Under the pieces are notes generated by a model. That model saw only the letters and a list, made by a program, of their open reading frames with translations, was not told where the DNA came from and did no database searches. Of a stretch of 64,000 bases of DNA, positions 61,976 through 64,000 are shown piece after piece; position 1 is the stretch's first letter; each line of letters begins with the position of its first letter. The stretch is from NCBI RefSeq assembly GCF_902652985.1, contig NC_047017.1, positions 39,866,001-39,930,000 of the forward strand, read 5' to 3'. A program made the translations under genes and the position numbers. This DNA is from Pecten maximus (taxonomy: Eukaryota).

Positions 61976-64000
61976 GGTTGTGGTATGGTAGTCGGTATTG
62001 GGTATTAGGGTGGATAGGGGTAAGAGTGAGAGAAGAGGGAAATGGTTGTAGAAGGGGTTATGGGGAGATTGGGAGTGGTAGAAATTGCAATGGATGGGTG
62101 TTTACACATGGTGTAGCAAAATTTAGCATTTTGTCTGACATACAGAATTATGTCATTACAATAATAATGGATGAAATTTTAATGAAGGCCATTATATATT
62201 TGGTCCTATTTAATGATTAATTTCACATAATCATCAGGGTATCTGAGAGTGGCATGCTCTATTACTTCAAGCAATTCCTTTCATATGCTGATCAATATGT
62301 TTAATGAGGGACTGTCCAGAGAATGGACGTGTAAAAGCTTCCATTTAGACAATGTGTTAGGAATTGCATGATGATACAACAATAGATAAGCTACATTATG
62401 GTGTGCTAGCATTGTTTTACCCGGTGACGTTGGTCTACTGGGATTCTATGATGGAGGGCTAACCCCTGTGCATGACGGGGCGCTATATCGCACGCTAGGT
62501 ATTTTGTATCTAATTGCGGTGATTAGGGAGATCAAATTGTTGATCAGCATCGTCTGTGAAACACACCAGTGATAACTGGATGTCAGGAAATCAATAGAAA
62601 ATGTCTTCAGCTCCACTAGATCAGCCAGCACTTCTAGCCTTTGTGCTGGAGTAAGTACACAAGACATTGTACAGCATTGTCATCAGTCAGCTACAAATTT
62701 GGTGACAGAGATGTTGAGAGTTGACATGTGTGAGGCAGAGGTTGCAGAGTGACCGACCATCTGTGTGGCCTACTTCAATGGATTGGTGGTAGTGATATAG
62801 TAATATGGCGATAAGGACTCATCAATAATACATGTACCACTGGCTGTTGTGTTCACTATATGTGTAAAACATGGCCACTTGTAAACTGTGTAAACGGATA
62901 AAAGTGTGTGACCCTGACATTTTACTTCTGGTAAGTGTAACAGTTAAGTCTGTCAATGTAATTCAACGAGAATCTTTGTGTTTATTGACTCTGTGTCTTC
63001 CCTGGAAATATCTATGTTCCTTAGTGAAAAAATGCATATTCATGAACAAAAGGCATGCATATTCATAGTGATGGGACAAAATACATACATATATTCATAG
63101 TGTAATGATTTCTGGTGGAACAAAACACATACATGTTTTCAAAGTGTAATGATATCTGATGGAACAAAACACAGGAATTAAATGCACTCATAGTTACAGT
63201 GTAATGATGTCTGTATTGTGAAACAAAAAATATCATTGTGATAAATAGAGTGATATCGAACAATACATATCTTCATGATACATGGAGGATATTGAAAGGT
63301 TTCTCATTGAATATAATATATATGTCACAAGTATGACGGAATGTTGATATTTTTCATGAGTTTGAAGTACCAGTAAAAGATATTGGTATATTCTGTCATA
63401 CAAATGAAATATATGTTCACCAGGAAACCATTCAATTTTCTTTTTATTTCACTTTTCAAATATAAAAAAAAAAGTGAGAAAAAAAATGTGGGAATCAGTA
63501 GAAATAGTCAGTGATGCCATATCCTTATGATGTTATGGTTGACAACATGACAATGCCATTCGGAATGGGCTACTCACAAAATTCCATCATTTATTCCTCT
63601 TATATGCAATGGTAAGTTTTGCTTGTATAACTGTTGTCAAATGAGTATTTTATCAAAAAATGAAATGTGTATTGCCGAAGGGCAGCAAAATAACCAGTTA
63701 TTCTAACCTACCTCCACTATTTTATAGAGTTATTGCCCTTTGATCATTGTTTATACCAGATTAATCCGGAGTTGGATGAGTCACATGATAACACAGAATG
63801 TTGATTGGGACTGTACAGTATTAATAATTGTAAGTTCTGTCAGAAGATACCTCCCCTCTCCTAGGTACATGAATTAAAATTTCCACACATATGTTTTAAC
63901 CCCAGACAGTGCATGTAATGTGTCACTTTGACATCACTTAGGCCAAGGTCAAGGTCCCGTTCCAGTTCATGTGAAATTAGACCAAAGGTCAAGGTCCCTG

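Noticed and set aside
60531-62008. Long His/Thr/Pro-rich and Cys/Gly-rich ORFs (up to 382 aa)
   Set aside because: They are translations of a stop-poor minisatellite in several frames on both strands, with no splice or homology support.
62871-62936. Possible further or alternative exon of the 50849 gene (CTG|GTAAGT at about 62930)
   Set aside because: It has a donor motif only, with no clear acceptor or protein similarity.

Overview
AT-rich, intron-containing animal genomic DNA. The Helentron/pearl-like elements, V-type tRNA SINEs and minisatellite load suggest a bivalve mollusc, possibly scallop-like (inference). I spliced four complete genes by hand: MCM5 (+, 14 exons, 5790-16639), an SLC46-family MFS transporter (-, 24404-17895), a two-exon steroid-sulfatase-like gene whose active-site motif is destroyed (+, 25562-28394) and TBCE (-, 12 coding exons, 44000-33497, including a probable U12 minor intron). 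Two genes are partial: an unknown minus-strand gene at the left edge and a TM + tandem SAM-like (probably AREL1-type) gene from 50849. The six genes appear to form three head-to-head pairs. Mobile DNA: a 422-bp TRIM whose 159-bp LTRs each carry a tRNA-Thr(AGT)-derived Pol III promoter (Helenus/TRIMp3-like), an internally deleted, intron-containing PHD-FLYWCH-MULE transposon with an 8-bp TSD, several Helentron-type non-autonomous elements, SINEs, MITEs and a decayed CR1 LINE. The most striking pattern is that at least five independent minisatellites are built from amplified exon-intron junctions of their host genes, giving arrays of up to about 50 decoy splice sites. Most long repetitive ORFs in the ORF track are artefacts of these arrays.
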